NCBI GenBank assembly: GCA_021296415.1
Contig: JAGWAL010000013.1
Location: 12,158-74,116, forward strand
Source of the DNA: Acidimicrobiia bacterium
GTDB taxonomy: Bacteria; Actinomycetota; Acidimicrobiia; Acidimicrobiales; CATQHL01
DNA length: 61,959 bases
Reading direction: 5' to 3'
Shown here: piece after piece, positions 10,164 through 19,200 of the stretch
How positions within the stretch are numbered: the first letter of the stretch is position 1
Layout of the letters: every line of letters starts with the position of its first letter
Made by a program: the position numbers and the translations under genes
The notes under the pieces: model-generated
The model's input: the letters and a program-made list of their open reading frames with translations, nothing else
What the model was told of the DNA's origin: nothing
Database searches by the model: none

Positions 10164-10194
10164 CGATTCGCGGCGGCCACAGTGGGCGGCCGGA

Positions 10195-10683
10195 TCAGTG
10201 GGCGGTGGGTTCGTCGCTCAGGAGCCGGAGGGCGTGGGGTAGCACGTCGAGGACCGCTTCGGTGCATTCGACTGCGCCGCGGGGCGATCCCGGGGTGTTC
10301 AGGATCAGTGCCCGGCCGCGCGTGCCCGCCACGGCGCGGGAGAGCCGCCCCAGCGGGTTGACGAGCCGCATCGCCTCGGCGAGTCCAGGGGCGCGGCGTT
10401 CGACCACGCGCAGAGTGCCCTCCGGCGTGAGGTCGCGGGGGCCGAAACCCGTGCCGCCGGTGGTCACGACGAGACCGGTGAAGCCGTCGGCCATGTCACG
10501 CAGCGCCGCGGCCACCGACTCGGTGCCGTCGGGCACGGCGCGCCGCTCGATCACCTCGTAGCCGGCGCCCGCCAGCAGCTCCTCCAGAGCCTCGCCGGAG
10601 CGATCCTCGCGCACCCCGGCTATCACCCCGTCGGAGACGGTGAGGACCTTGGCGCGCAGGCCGGCGGCACGCAGATCGGTCAC
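10195..10683 (-). CDS. MoaB/MogA-family molybdenum cofactor biosynthesis protein
   Basis: ORF 10195..10683, ...LTVSDGV...VVTTGGTGFGPRDLTPE...LNTPGSP... Confidence 0.8.
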   Translation of the reverse strand: MTDLRAAGLRAKVLTVSDGVIAGVREDRSGEALEELLAGAGYEVIERRAVPDGTESVAAALRDMADGFTGLVVTTGGTGFGPRDLTPEGTLRVVERRAPGLAEAMRLVNPLGRLSRAVAGTRGRALILNTPGSPRGAVECTEAVLDVLPHALRLLSDEPTAH

Positions 10684-10775
10684 GTGGCGACCCTACCGGT
10701 GTGGCGCCGTGCGCGCTTGACTCACGATGGCCGTCCTGCAATCCATTCGGAGCAGCGGCCGATCAGCCACACCTT

Positions 10776-10844
10776 GGATTCCGGCCCACGACGGAATGAC
10801 GAAGAGAACGCCGGAATCACGATCGGCACGCCGGAATCACGATC
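10776..10844. repeat. REP-like element, degenerate copy plus two tandem 17-nt ACGCCGGAATCACGATC units
   Basis: ggattccggcccacgacggaatgacg at 10776-10801. acgccggaatcacgatc occurs at 10808-10824 and again at 10828-10844. Confidence 0.7.
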
Positions 10845-10868
10845 AAGGCTCCGCCCACTTCAGCGGCT

Positions 10869-11759
10869 CTACGTGCCCAGCAGGCAAGCGCCGTCGAGCC
10901 GCGCTCCCAGGTGCCACTCGGCGGCCGTCATGGCGCGCCGGCCGGCAGCCTGCACCTCGTCGAGACGCAGACCGCCCGCCCCGGTGCCGACGACGAGACC
11001 ATCGAGGACCCCCGGCCGACCCTCGTGGTCGGCGGCGACGGTTGCTCCCAGAATCCGGAAGCGCTCGCCCGCCAGCGTGGTCCAGGCCCGGCCCAGGCGG
11101 ATCTGCCGGTGCAGTTCGGCGGCCGGGCGGTCCCAGTCGAGGCGGAGGTCGTCGTCGCTGATCTTGGCCGCCCAGGTGACCTCGCCCTGCTGCTCGACAG
11201 GATCGCGCGGCCCCACCCGTAGCAGGGCAACGAGCAGCGGGCCGCTCGTCGCCACGAGGCGCTCGCGGAGTTGGGCGAGGGTCTCGGTGGGTCCGATGGG
11301 CGTCGCGACCTGGTCGTAGAGCGGTCCGGTGTCGAGGGTCTCGGTGAGCGCCATGATGCTGACGCCGGTGGTCTCGTCGCCCGCCAGGATGGCCCGCTCC
11401 ATGGGCGCGGCACCCCGCCAGCGCGGCAGCAGCGAGAAGTGGACGTTCAGCGCCGGCAGGACGTCGAGCACATCCAAGCCGATGAGGCGCCCGTAGGCCA
11501 CCACCACCGCGCCGTCGGCCGCATCCGCTGCGGCGACCGCGGCGGCCGGATCGTGCGTGACCGGTACACCCAGCGCGGCGGCGGCGCGGCTCACCGGACT
11601 GGGCTCGGGCGACCCCCGCCGGGAGCGGCGGCGATCCGGGCCGGTCACGACCAGCGCGATCTCGAACCCGGCGGCGTGCAGGGCGCGCAGCGGCGGCACG
11701 GCGAGCTGCGGCGTGCCGAAGTAGACCAGCCGGCGAACCGTCGCCGGCCAGGGGGTCAC
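10869..11759 (-). CDS. fmt: methionyl-tRNA formyltransferase
   Basis: ORF 10869..11831, with likely GTG start at 11759 just after the def stop. Contains ...RLVYFGTP...HFSLLPRWRGAAP... Confidence 0.88.
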   Translation of the reverse strand: MTPWPATVRRLVYFGTPQLAVPPLRALHAAGFEIALVVTGPDRRRSRRGSPEPSPVSRAAAALGVPVTHDPAAAVAAADAADGAVVVAYGRLIGLDVLDVLPALNVHFSLLPRWRGAAPMERAILAGDETTGVSIMALTETLDTGPLYDQVATPIGPTETLAQLRERLVATSGPLLVALLRVGPRDPVEQQGEVTWAAKISDDDLRLDWDRPAAELHRQIRLGRAWTTLAGERFRILGATVAADHEGRPGVLDGLVVGTGAGGLRLDEVQAAGRRAMTAAEWHLGARLDGACLLGT

Positions 11760-11763
11760 GACG

Positions 11764-12288
11764 TCACTCGCCGCCGAGGGAGGGGAAGAGCCCGCTCCCT
11801 GCGGAGCCCAGGCCGCGCCGCCGCAGCTCACCGAGGGCGGCGCGCCGCTGGTCCGGGTCGAGACGCTCGGTCAGGAGGACACCGTCGAGATGGTCGATCT
11901 CGTGCTGGATGAGCCGGGCGAAGAGGTCGTCGGCCTCGACGGTCACCTCGTTGCCGTCGAGATCCACCCCGGTCAGCGCGATCCGGCGGGGCCGCTCGAT
12001 CTCCCACGAGTAGCCGGGCACCGACAGGCAGCCCTCCTCGAAGACCCACGTGCCGTCGCTCCCGGTGATCACCGGGTTGAGGATCACGCCCCGACCGCAG
12101 GTCTCGGGCTCGTCGTAGACGAACAGGCGCTTGCGCACCCCCACCTGCGGGGCGGCCAGACCGATCCCCCGGGCCTCGTACATGGTGGTGAACATGCTGT
12201 CGCAGAGGCGGGCGACCGATCCGTCGATCCGGGTGACCTCCGCTGCCTTCGAGCGCAGCACCGGGTCGCCGAACAGCCGGATCTCCAC
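11764..12288 (-). CDS. def: peptide deformylase
   Basis: ORF 11764..12288 with motifs GIGLAAPQ, EGCLS and QHEIDHL. Confidence 0.95.
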   Translation of the reverse strand: MEIRLFGDPVLRSKAAEVTRIDGSVARLCDSMFTTMYEARGIGLAAPQVGVRKRLFVYDEPETCGRGVILNPVITGSDGTWVFEEGCLSVPGYSWEIERPRRIALTGVDLDGNEVTVEADDLFARLIQHEIDHLDGVLLTERLDPDQRRAALGELRRRGLGSAGSGLFPSLGGE

Positions 12289-12352
12289 GACGTCGAGGCT
12301 AGCGAGCGGTGCGGCGACCGGGGGCGCCCCGGGCGCCGCTATCGTCGGCGCG

Positions 12353-13024
12353 ATGGCCGGGGTGGAGCATTACTTCTCGCCGAACCCGGGCTCGCGGCGC
12401 CGCGAGCGCACCGTCACCCTCCGGCTGAACGACGTGTCGGCCGATCTGCGCACCGACCGCGGGGTCTTCTCGGCCGATCGCGTCGACCCCGGCACGCTCC
12501 TGCTCCTGAAGCATGCGCCGCTGCCTGCACCGCAGGCCGGCAACGGCAGCGCAGCGGCCGCCAGGGTCCTGGCCGACGTGGGCTGCGGGTACGGATCCAT
12601 CGCCGTGGCGCTGGCGCTGCGGGCGCCGGACGCCACGATCTGGGCGGTGGACGTCAACGAGCGGGCGCGGGAACTGGCCGCCGCCAACCTGACGGCAGCC
12701 GGAGTTGCGGTCGCCGGGAGCGGCGAGCGACGAGGGGCGGGGCGGGCCCGGGTCTGCGCTCCTGAGGAGGTCCCAGCGTCACTGCGTCTCGACGCCCTCT
12801 ACTGCAACCCGCCCGTGCGCATCGGCAACGAGGCTCTCGACGAACTGCTGCGGGACTGGCTGAACCGTCTGCGCCCCGGCGGGTTCGCGGTGCTGGTGAT
12901 GCACAAGAACCTGGGCGCCGACTCGCTGGCGCGGCGGCTGGCGGCGGCCGGCTCGGCGCCCCGGCGGCTGGCCATCGGCGGCGGCTACCGCGTGTTGCAG
13001 GTTCCCGCGGCAACCGACCGTTGA
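12353..13024 (+). CDS. class I SAM-dependent methyltransferase (MTS/RsmC-like small domain)
   Basis: ATG 12353 in ORF 12131..13024. Motif I is VLADVGCGYGSIAV and motif IV is LYCNPPVRIG. Confidence 0.7.
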   Translation: MAGVEHYFSPNPGSRRRERTVTLRLNDVSADLRTDRGVFSADRVDPGTLLLLKHAPLPAPQAGNGSAAAARVLADVGCGYGSIAVALALRAPDATIWAVDVNERARELAAANLTAAGVAVAGSGERRGAGRARVCAPEEVPASLRLDALYCNPPVRIGNEALDELLRDWLNRLRPGGFAVLVMHKNLGADSLARRLAAAGSAPRRLAIGGGYRVLQVPAATDR

Positions 13025-13026
13025 CC

Positions 13027-14499
13027 ATGAGCGGCTCCGAGCGCCCGCGGGCCATGATCGCCGGCACCGCCGTGTCGGTGGACCACTACATCGGCGGCCG
13101 GCGGGTGGCCTCGCCCGGCACCTTCGAGGCCCGGTCACCGCTGGACTGGTCGCTGAAGCTGGCCGACGTGTCGGCAGGCGACGGGGCGGTGGCCGGGGCC
13201 GCGGTGGCTGCGGCCTGCGAGGCGGCCGAGGGGTGGGCCGCGCGGGGAGCCGCCGGCCGGGGCGTGCACCTGCGCCGGCTGGCCGATCTGATCGACGGGT
13301 CGGTCGAGGTGCTGGCGGAGATCGAGTGCCTGGACATGGCGATGCTGCTGGAGAGCCTGCGGCGCCGGGTCATTGCCCGCGGCGCCCGGAACTTCCGGGC
13401 CTACGCCGACCTGGCCGAGTCGTACAGCGAGCGCACCTGGGCGTCGAACGGGACCGACAACCGCGTCCAGCGGATGCCGGCGGGACCGGCGGTGATCATC
13501 ACGCCCTGGAACGCACCGTTCATGCTGGCCACGTGGAAGGTGGCGCCGGCCCTGGCCGCGGGCAACACGGTGGTGCTGAAGCCGGCGGAGTGGTCGCCGC
13601 TGTCGGCAAGCCTCCTGGCCGACCTGGCGCACGAGGCGGGACTGCCGGCGGGCGTGCTGAACGTGGTGCAGGGCCGGGGGGCCGAGGTGGGCGCCGCCCT
13701 CGTGGCCGACGAGCGGGTGCGCCGCATCTCCTTCACCGGATCGCCGGAGACGGCACGGTCCATCGGCGCGGCCGCGGCCGCCAACATCGTGCCCTTCACC
13801 GCCGAGTTGGGCGGCAAGGGACCCCTGATCGTCTTCGAGGACGCCGACATCGAGGCGGCAGCCCGCACCGCCGCCGGGCAGTTCGACGACTCGGGCCAGG
13901 TCTGCCTGGCGGGAACCCGCCTACTGGTGGCCGAGGGCATCGCGGAGGAGTTCCGGCAGCGCTTCGACGCCCACACCAACGCCCACGTGCTGGGCGACAG
14001 CCGTGATCCGGCGACGACCATCTCGCCCCTCATCCACCCCGAGCACCTGGCCCGCGTGGAGGGGTTCGTGGAGCGGGCGCGCCGGGCCGGTGACACCGTG
14101 CTGCGCGGCGGGCGCCGCAGCCGCCCCGACGGCCTGTGGTACGAGCCCACGCTGATCCGCCCCGCAGGCAACGACAGTGAGATCGTGCAGCGGGAGGTCT
14201 TCGGGCCGGTCCTCACGCTGCAGACGTTCGCGGACGAGCCCGAGGCCGTGCGGCTGGCGAACAGCACGCGCTACGGACTCTCGGGCGTGGTCTTCACCGG
14301 CTCGGGGGCCCGGGCCGAGCGGGTGGGCCAGGCAGTGCGGGCCGGAACCGTGTGGGTGAACTGCTTCGGTGTGCGCGACCTCGCCGCGCCGTTCGGCGGC
14401 TGCGGCATCAGCGGGCTGGGTCGCGAGGGCGGCGACTACGCCCTCGACTTCCACAGCGACCTGAAGACCGTCCAGGTCCGCCAGGGCACGACCGGCTGA
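13027..14499 (+). CDS. NAD-dependent aldehyde dehydrogenase, HpaE / hydroxymuconic-semialdehyde-dehydrogenase-like
   Basis: ORF 13021..14499 (ATG at 13027). Contains TPWNAPFMLATWKVAPALAAGN, ELGGKGP, a QVCLAG catalytic Cys and a C-terminal VRDLAAPFGGCGISGLGREGG resembling E. coli HpaE. Confidence 0.85.
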   Translation: MSGSERPRAMIAGTAVSVDHYIGGRRVASPGTFEARSPLDWSLKLADVSAGDGAVAGAAVAAACEAAEGWAARGAAGRGVHLRRLADLIDGSVEVLAEIECLDMAMLLESLRRRVIARGARNFRAYADLAESYSERTWASNGTDNRVQRMPAGPAVIITPWNAPFMLATWKVAPALAAGNTVVLKPAEWSPLSASLLADLAHEAGLPAGVLNVVQGRGAEVGAALVADERVRRISFTGSPETARSIGAAAAANIVPFTAELGGKGPLIVFEDADIEAAARTAAGQFDDSGQVCLAGTRLLVAEGIAEEFRQRFDAHTNAHVLGDSRDPATTISPLIHPEHLARVEGFVERARRAGDTVLRGGRRSRPDGLWYEPTLIRPAGNDSEIVQREVFGPVLTLQTFADEPEAVRLANSTRYGLSGVVFTGSGARAERVGQAVRAGTVWVNCFGVRDLAAPFGGCGISGLGREGGDYALDFHSDLKTVQVRQGTTG

Positions 14500-14515
14500 G
14501 CGCGTCAGCCGTCCC

Positions 14516-15718
14516 GTGAGCACTTCGGACCGCCCCACAGCCGCCGCCCGGCAGCGGGAGCTCGTGGGACTCGTCGCCGATCTCGGACCGACGTTCGCCG
14601 AGCGGGCCGCCGGTTACGACCGCGAGGCCCGCTTCCCCGTCGAGAACTACGCCGACCTGCGCAAGGCCGGCTTGCTGGGTCTCTGCATCCCCGCCGACCA
14701 CGGCGGCCTCGGCGCCGACTTCGCCACCTACGGCCTGGTGTCGGAGGAACTCGGGCGCTACTGCGGGTCCACGGCCCTCACCTTCAACATGCACACCGCC
14801 ACGATGCTGCTCTGCGGCCAGATCGCCGACGACCTGGCCATGTCCGCCGCCGAACGAGCCCGCCACGAGCGCCGGCGCGCCGCCATGTTCGCCGGCGTCA
14901 TCGAGAAGGGCCACATCCACGCCCAACCGTTCAGCGAGGGGAACGCGCCCGGGGCAACCGCGGGCGTGAACACGCTGGCGGTGCCCGTCGACGGCGGCTG
15001 GCGGCTGCGCGGCCGCAAGATCTTCGCGTCGCTGTCGGGCGCCGCCGACCGCCACAACGTGATCTGCGTCACGCCCGACGACCCCACGATCCGCTTCATG
15101 AGCGTGCGCGCCGGCGCAGAGGGGCTGCGCACCGAGGGGGAATGGGATCCGCTGGGTATGCGCGGCACCGTCTCGCTGACCCTCGTGATGGACGACGTCT
15201 TCGTACCGGCGGAGGCCGAGCTGCTGCCTCCGGGGGTCTTCGACCAGGTGGCGTCCCGCTGGCCGCACTTCTACCTGACGCTCTCGTTCACCTACCTGGG
15301 CATCATGCGCGCCGTGATGGACTTCACCGACGACTATCTGGCGGGCCGGGTGGGTCCGGGAGCGCGCCGCGACAACCCGCAGAAGCAGGCGGGGTGGGCG
15401 CAGCTGCAGGTGGCCTACGAGCGCACCTACGCCCTGGCGCGACAGGTGCTGGCAGAGGCCGGGCCCGACCCGACCCACGAGCAGGTGCGCCGGGCGTGGG
15501 CCGCGGCCGTCTCGACGATGGAGACCGCGCCCGAGTTGGCCTCGCTGGCGGTGCGGGTCTGCGGCGGCCGCTCGCTGCTGCGACCGCAGCCGCTGGAACG
15601 CCTCTACCGCGACGCCCGCTGCGGGGCCACGATGCTGCCGTGGAGCGTGGAGGCCTGCCTGGACCGCCTGGGACGGGCCGGGCTGTCCGCCGCCGAGGAC
15701 GGCGAGCCCTACGCCTGA
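14516..15718 (+). CDS. acyl-CoA dehydrogenase-fold flavoprotein (possible group D monooxygenase)
   Basis: ORF 14516..15718 with an ACAD-like N-terminal and middle domain. The C-terminal RDARCGATMLPWS replaces the RDAxIxxIYEGT segment. Paralogue of 44480..45658. Confidence 0.75.
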   Translation: MSTSDRPTAAARQRELVGLVADLGPTFAERAAGYDREARFPVENYADLRKAGLLGLCIPADHGGLGADFATYGLVSEELGRYCGSTALTFNMHTATMLLCGQIADDLAMSAAERARHERRRAAMFAGVIEKGHIHAQPFSEGNAPGATAGVNTLAVPVDGGWRLRGRKIFASLSGAADRHNVICVTPDDPTIRFMSVRAGAEGLRTEGEWDPLGMRGTVSLTLVMDDVFVPAEAELLPPGVFDQVASRWPHFYLTLSFTYLGIMRAVMDFTDDYLAGRVGPGARRDNPQKQAGWAQLQVAYERTYALARQVLAEAGPDPTHEQVRRAWAAAVSTMETAPELASLAVRVCGGRSLLRPQPLERLYRDARCGATMLPWSVEACLDRLGRAGLSAAEDGEPYA

Positions 15719-15758
15719 GTTCGGGCCTGTTGATCACGCCCCAGCGAAGTTCGACCCT

Positions 15759-15774
15759 GCCGGCCATGGCCGGC
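15759..15774. terminator. perfect 16-bp palindrome GCCGGCCATGGCCGGC between convergent genes
   Basis: Read directly. Lies between the ACAD stop (15718) and the P450 stop (15828). No U-tract. Confidence 0.4.
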
Positions 15775-15780
15775 GACACA

Positions 15781-15807
15781 TGGATTCCGGCCTCCGCCGG
15801 AATGACG
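15781..15807. repeat. REP-like hairpin element (best copy): tggATTCCGGCctccGCCGGAATgacg
   Basis: 8-bp stem with a 4-nt loop. Related copies lie near 10776, 17181, 18122 and 49051. Confidence 0.8.
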
Positions 15808-15827
15808 AAGTGGGACGCCGCGCCGGC

Positions 15828-17096
15828 TCAGGCGAGCTTCACCCTCACGGGTAGGTGCTTGATGCCGCTGATGAAGTTGGAGCGCAGCCGCTCGGGAGTC
15901 CCGGCAAGCTCGATCGCGGCCACCCGCGGCAGCAGTTCCTCCAGCGTCAGGCGCACCTCCATGCGCGCCAGCCAGGCCCCCAGGCAGAGGTGCGGGCCGT
16001 TGCGCCCGAAGGCCACGTGGTCGTTGGGCGTGCGGCCGATGTCGAAGCGGTAGGGATCGGGGAAGGCGCGCTCGTCGTAGTCGGCGCCGACCCACCACAG
16101 CACCACCTTGTCGCCCTCCCGGACCAGCCGGTTCCCCACCTCGGTGTCCCGGGTGGCGGTGCGCCTGAAGTGCATCGTGACCGTCGTCCAGCGCAGGATC
16201 TCCTCGACGGCGGCGGGGATCAGCGACGGATCGCCGCGCAGCGCCTCGAGCTGCTCCGGGTGCTCCAGCAGCGCCATCAACCCGCCCGTGACGGTGTAGC
16301 GCGTGGTGTCGTTGCCGGCGGCCACCAGCAGGGCGAAGAAGTTGTTGAACTCCAGGTCGCTGAGCGGCGTGCCGTCGGACGTGGGTGCCAGCAGGCGGGA
16401 GATGACGTCGTCGGTCGGCCGCTCCCGGCGCAGTGCGGCGGCCTCCTGGGCGTAGCGGAACACCTCAAGGCCGGCGGGGCTGCGGAACGGGATGAGCCGG
16501 AACTCCTCGGTGTCGGTGAGGTCCACCACGTGGTCGGTGTACTCGGGGTCGGTGTTGGAGAGCAGTTGGTCGCCCCATACCACGAGTTGCTCGGCATCGG
16601 CGTCGGGGACGCCCAGCAGGCGGCCCAGCATCCGCATCGGCAGCTGCCGCGCGATCTCGGTGACGAAGTCGAACTCGTCGTGCTCCAAGGCTTCGACGAC
16701 AACCGACCGGGCCAGGTCTCTGATGGCGGCCTCGTAGCGGTCGACGGTGTTGCGGGTGAAGCCGCGGTTCACCAGCCGGCGCATGCGGGTGTGGGCGGGC
16801 GGGTCGAGTTCCATCATCGTGCGCCGCGCCTCGGTCTCCTCGGCGTCCATCTCCTCGAGGCGGATGCCCCGAGTCGAGGTGAACGTGTCCCAGGCGTGGT
16901 TGGCGCGGATCACGTCGGAGTAACGCGTCAGTGCCCAGAAGCCGGAGCCGTCGCTCTCGTCCCACCACGACACCGGGTCCTCGTCGCGCAGCCGGTGGAA
17001 CGTGGCGTAGGGCACGCCGGCGGTGAACGTGTCGTGACTGGTGAGGTCGGCGTGACCGTCGTCGCTGTCGGGGGTCCAGGGGTGCCGCGGGATCAT
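15828..17096 (-). CDS. cytochrome P450 (copy 1)
   Basis: ORF 15828..17096. I-helix AAGNDTT, EEILR, heme loop FGRNGPHLCLG and C-terminal RSNFISGIKHLPV. Confidence 0.92.
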   Translation of the reverse strand: MIPRHPWTPDSDDGHADLTSHDTFTAGVPYATFHRLRDEDPVSWWDESDGSGFWALTRYSDVIRANHAWDTFTSTRGIRLEEMDAEETEARRTMMELDPPAHTRMRRLVNRGFTRNTVDRYEAAIRDLARSVVVEALEHDEFDFVTEIARQLPMRMLGRLLGVPDADAEQLVVWGDQLLSNTDPEYTDHVVDLTDTEEFRLIPFRSPAGLEVFRYAQEAAALRRERPTDDVISRLLAPTSDGTPLSDLEFNNFFALLVAAGNDTTRYTVTGGLMALLEHPEQLEALRGDPSLIPAAVEEILRWTTVTMHFRRTATRDTEVGNRLVREGDKVVLWWVGADYDERAFPDPYRFDIGRTPNDHVAFGRNGPHLCLGAWLARMEVRLTLEELLPRVAAIELAGTPERLRSNFISGIKHLPVRVKLA

Positions 17097-17180
17097 GGGG
17101 AGGGGCTAGGTGGCCGCCGGGTCGCGCCAAGACCGTGCCGGGCCATCAGTTCCGGTCACGGCTCCGATGCCCGGATAGTC

Positions 17181-17204
17181 GATTCCGGCCTTCGCCGGAG
17201 TGAC
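17181..17204. repeat. REP-like hairpin element
   Basis: gattccggccttcgccggagtgac. A second small hairpin GGAAGctcgaaCTTCC follows at 17206-17221, just downstream of the ADC-family gene. Confidence 0.7.
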
Positions 17205-17227
17205 AGGAAGCTCGAACTTCCGCCTCG

Positions 17228-18034
17228 TCATCGAGGGGTGGGCTCCAGCGTCGTGCCGCCGCTCCAGGACGTGCCGACGCTTCGCCAGTAGCCGCCGATC
17301 ATCTCCCGCGGTGCCAGGCGGGTGAGTTCCTCGCTCGGCGAGTCGAAGACCTGCAGGGTGGCCTCCCCCCGGAAAGCCGGACCCAGTTCGACGTCATAGC
17401 CCCGCATGGTGACTATCTCGTGCAGGGAGTCGGTGCCATCGGACTCGATGGCCGGGAAGAAGCGGTGGTGCAGCATGGGCAGGGCGTTCACGAAGCCGGC
17501 CCCCTCACTGGGGCCGCTGATCTCGAAGGTGGCCTCGACGAGGCGCCGTCCGGCTGCCGCGCACGTGGCCCCGAAGCGCCCGCCGGCCTGCAGCCGCGGT
17601 CCCGCCCGCCCCACCGTCACGGGACGAGTCAGCCAGATCTCGCCCAACTTCTTGGGATACCCCTGCACGTGGCCACGCACCATGGCGAAGTCCTTGTCCA
17701 CCCAGATGTAGACGCAGCGGCTGTAGGTGGTGTCGCGGTAGCGGCAGCGCACCACCACGAAGCACTCCTTGTACTGCGCCCGGGTGGGGTCGAGGAGCTC
17801 CTCGAAACCGTCGGAGCAGGATTGCCAGTCGGCCCAGACCACGGCCACGGCGCCGGGATCCTCGGCAGCGGGCGACAGGGGTGGCGGCAGTAACTCGGCC
17901 ACCGCCTCTGGGTCGGTGCGATACTCGATCGTGAGCATGTCCCCGGAGTAATGCCAAGGAGGGGCGGGAACGAGGCCCGACGCGCCGGTGGCCGACCGGG
18001 GGAACGTGAAACCTCGCAGGTCGGAGCCCGACAC
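17228..18034 (-). CDS. acetoacetate decarboxylase (ADC) family protein
   Basis: ORF 17228..18034 with ADC-family features (PPWHYSGDML..., ...YKECFVVV..., ...VGTSW...). Confidence 0.7.
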   Translation of the reverse strand: MSGSDLRGFTFPRSATGASGLVPAPPWHYSGDMLTIEYRTDPEAVAELLPPPLSPAAEDPGAVAVVWADWQSCSDGFEELLDPTRAQYKECFVVVRCRYRDTTYSRCVYIWVDKDFAMVRGHVQGYPKKLGEIWLTRPVTVGRAGPRLQAGGRFGATCAAAGRRLVEATFEISGPSEGAGFVNALPMLHHRFFPAIESDGTDSLHEIVTMRGYDVELGPAFRGEATLQVFDSPSEELTRLAPREMIGGYWRSVGTSWSGGTTLEPTPR

Positions 18035-18121
18035 GCCTGCGAGTATATGCTTTGGTCCCTAATGATTTCGAGAGGTGTCCGCACAGGACGACGTGCGGGG
18101 CAGATCTCGCCGCTGAGCAGT

Positions 18122-18147
18122 AGGTTCCGGCCTTCGCCGGAACGACG
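18122..18147. repeat. REP-like hairpin element
   Basis: aggttccggccttcgccggaacgacg, in the ADC / FAH divergent spacer. Confidence 0.7.
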
Positions 18148-18179
18148 GTGTAGCCCTACGGAGGGCCTGAGGAGGCTCC

Positions 18180-19028
18180 ATGAGCGAGCGACGCAGGATC
18201 CTGATTGACGGCGCCGCCACGACAGTCACCGTGTTCGGCGACCGGCTCGTGGCATCCGATGGCCGCTCGGTGCCGGAGGCCGAAGCGGTGCACTTGCCGC
18301 CGAGCGTTCCCAGCAAGATCATCTGCGTGCACCTGAACCACACCAGCCGGGTGCGCGAGTTCATGGCGACCCTCCCGCCGGCACCCACCTACTTTCACAA
18401 GCCCACCTCGTCGCTGCTGGGCCATGGCGGCCACGTGGTGCGCCCCGAGCGCTGCCGCTACCTGAACTACGAGGGCGAGGTGGTGATCGTCATCGGGCGA
18501 TCGACCCGCAACATCAGCCCCGACGCGGCCGGCGAGCACATCGCCGGCTACACCATCGGCAACGACTTCGGGCTGCACGACTTCCGCGACACCGACGCCG
18601 GCTCGATGCTGCGCGTCAAGGGCTCCGACACGATGTGCCCCGTGGGCCCGGGCCTGGTCGAGGGCTGGGACTTCCGCGACAAGCAGTTGCGCACCCTCGT
18701 GAACGGCGAGGTCCGCCAGGAGGGGAACACCGCCGAGATGACCTGGGACATGCACTACCTGGTCGCCGACCTGGCCCGCACCATCACATTGCTGCCCGGC
18801 GACATGGTCTTCTCCGGCACGCCGGCGGGCTCCCGGCCGGTGGAGCCCGGCGACGTGGTGACCGTGGAGGTGGAGGGCCTCGGCGCACTCACCAACACCG
18901 TGGTGGCCGGTCCCGAGCCGGTACGCGACGACTGCGGGGCGCAGCCCAGCGACTCGGAGGAGGTCGTCTCCACCGCCTTCGGGGGCGACTGGGAGTTCCG
19001 CGGCATCCGCCCGCCACGGCGGGGCTGA
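18180..19028 (+). CDS. fumarylacetoacetate hydrolase (FAH) family protein, HpaG-like
   Basis: ORF 18180..19028, ...YEGEVVIVIGR...GYTIGNDFG...LLPGDMVFSGTP... Confidence 0.85.
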   Translation: MSERRRILIDGAATTVTVFGDRLVASDGRSVPEAEAVHLPPSVPSKIICVHLNHTSRVREFMATLPPAPTYFHKPTSSLLGHGGHVVRPERCRYLNYEGEVVIVIGRSTRNISPDAAGEHIAGYTIGNDFGLHDFRDTDAGSMLRVKGSDTMCPVGPGLVEGWDFRDKQLRTLVNGEVRQEGNTAEMTWDMHYLVADLARTITLLPGDMVFSGTPAGSRPVEPGDVVTVEVEGLGALTNTVVAGPEPVRDDCGAQPSDSEEVVSTAFGGDWEFRGIRPPRRG

Positions 19029-19108
19029 GACCGCCGGCACTCGGGCGGCGGCGAGAACCGCTCTTCGACGGCTCGGGCCGCCAAGAAACATCCGCCGGAT
19101 CCGGCTAA

Positions 19109-19126
19109 TCGTTTGTATCCAAACGA
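19109..19126. promoter_or_regulatory. palindrome TCGTTTG-TATC-CAAACGA upstream of the ABC transporter operon (candidate operator)
   Basis: Read directly in a locally AT-richer stretch. A 7-bp-stem hairpin (CCCGCAT...ATGCGGG, 19152-19174) follows in the leader. Confidence 0.35.
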
Positions 19127-19200
19127 AACATGTGGCAGTGTTTGGGGTGCGCCCGCATCACGGACACATGCGGGCACGGGGCAAGGAAGGGAAGGCCGAT

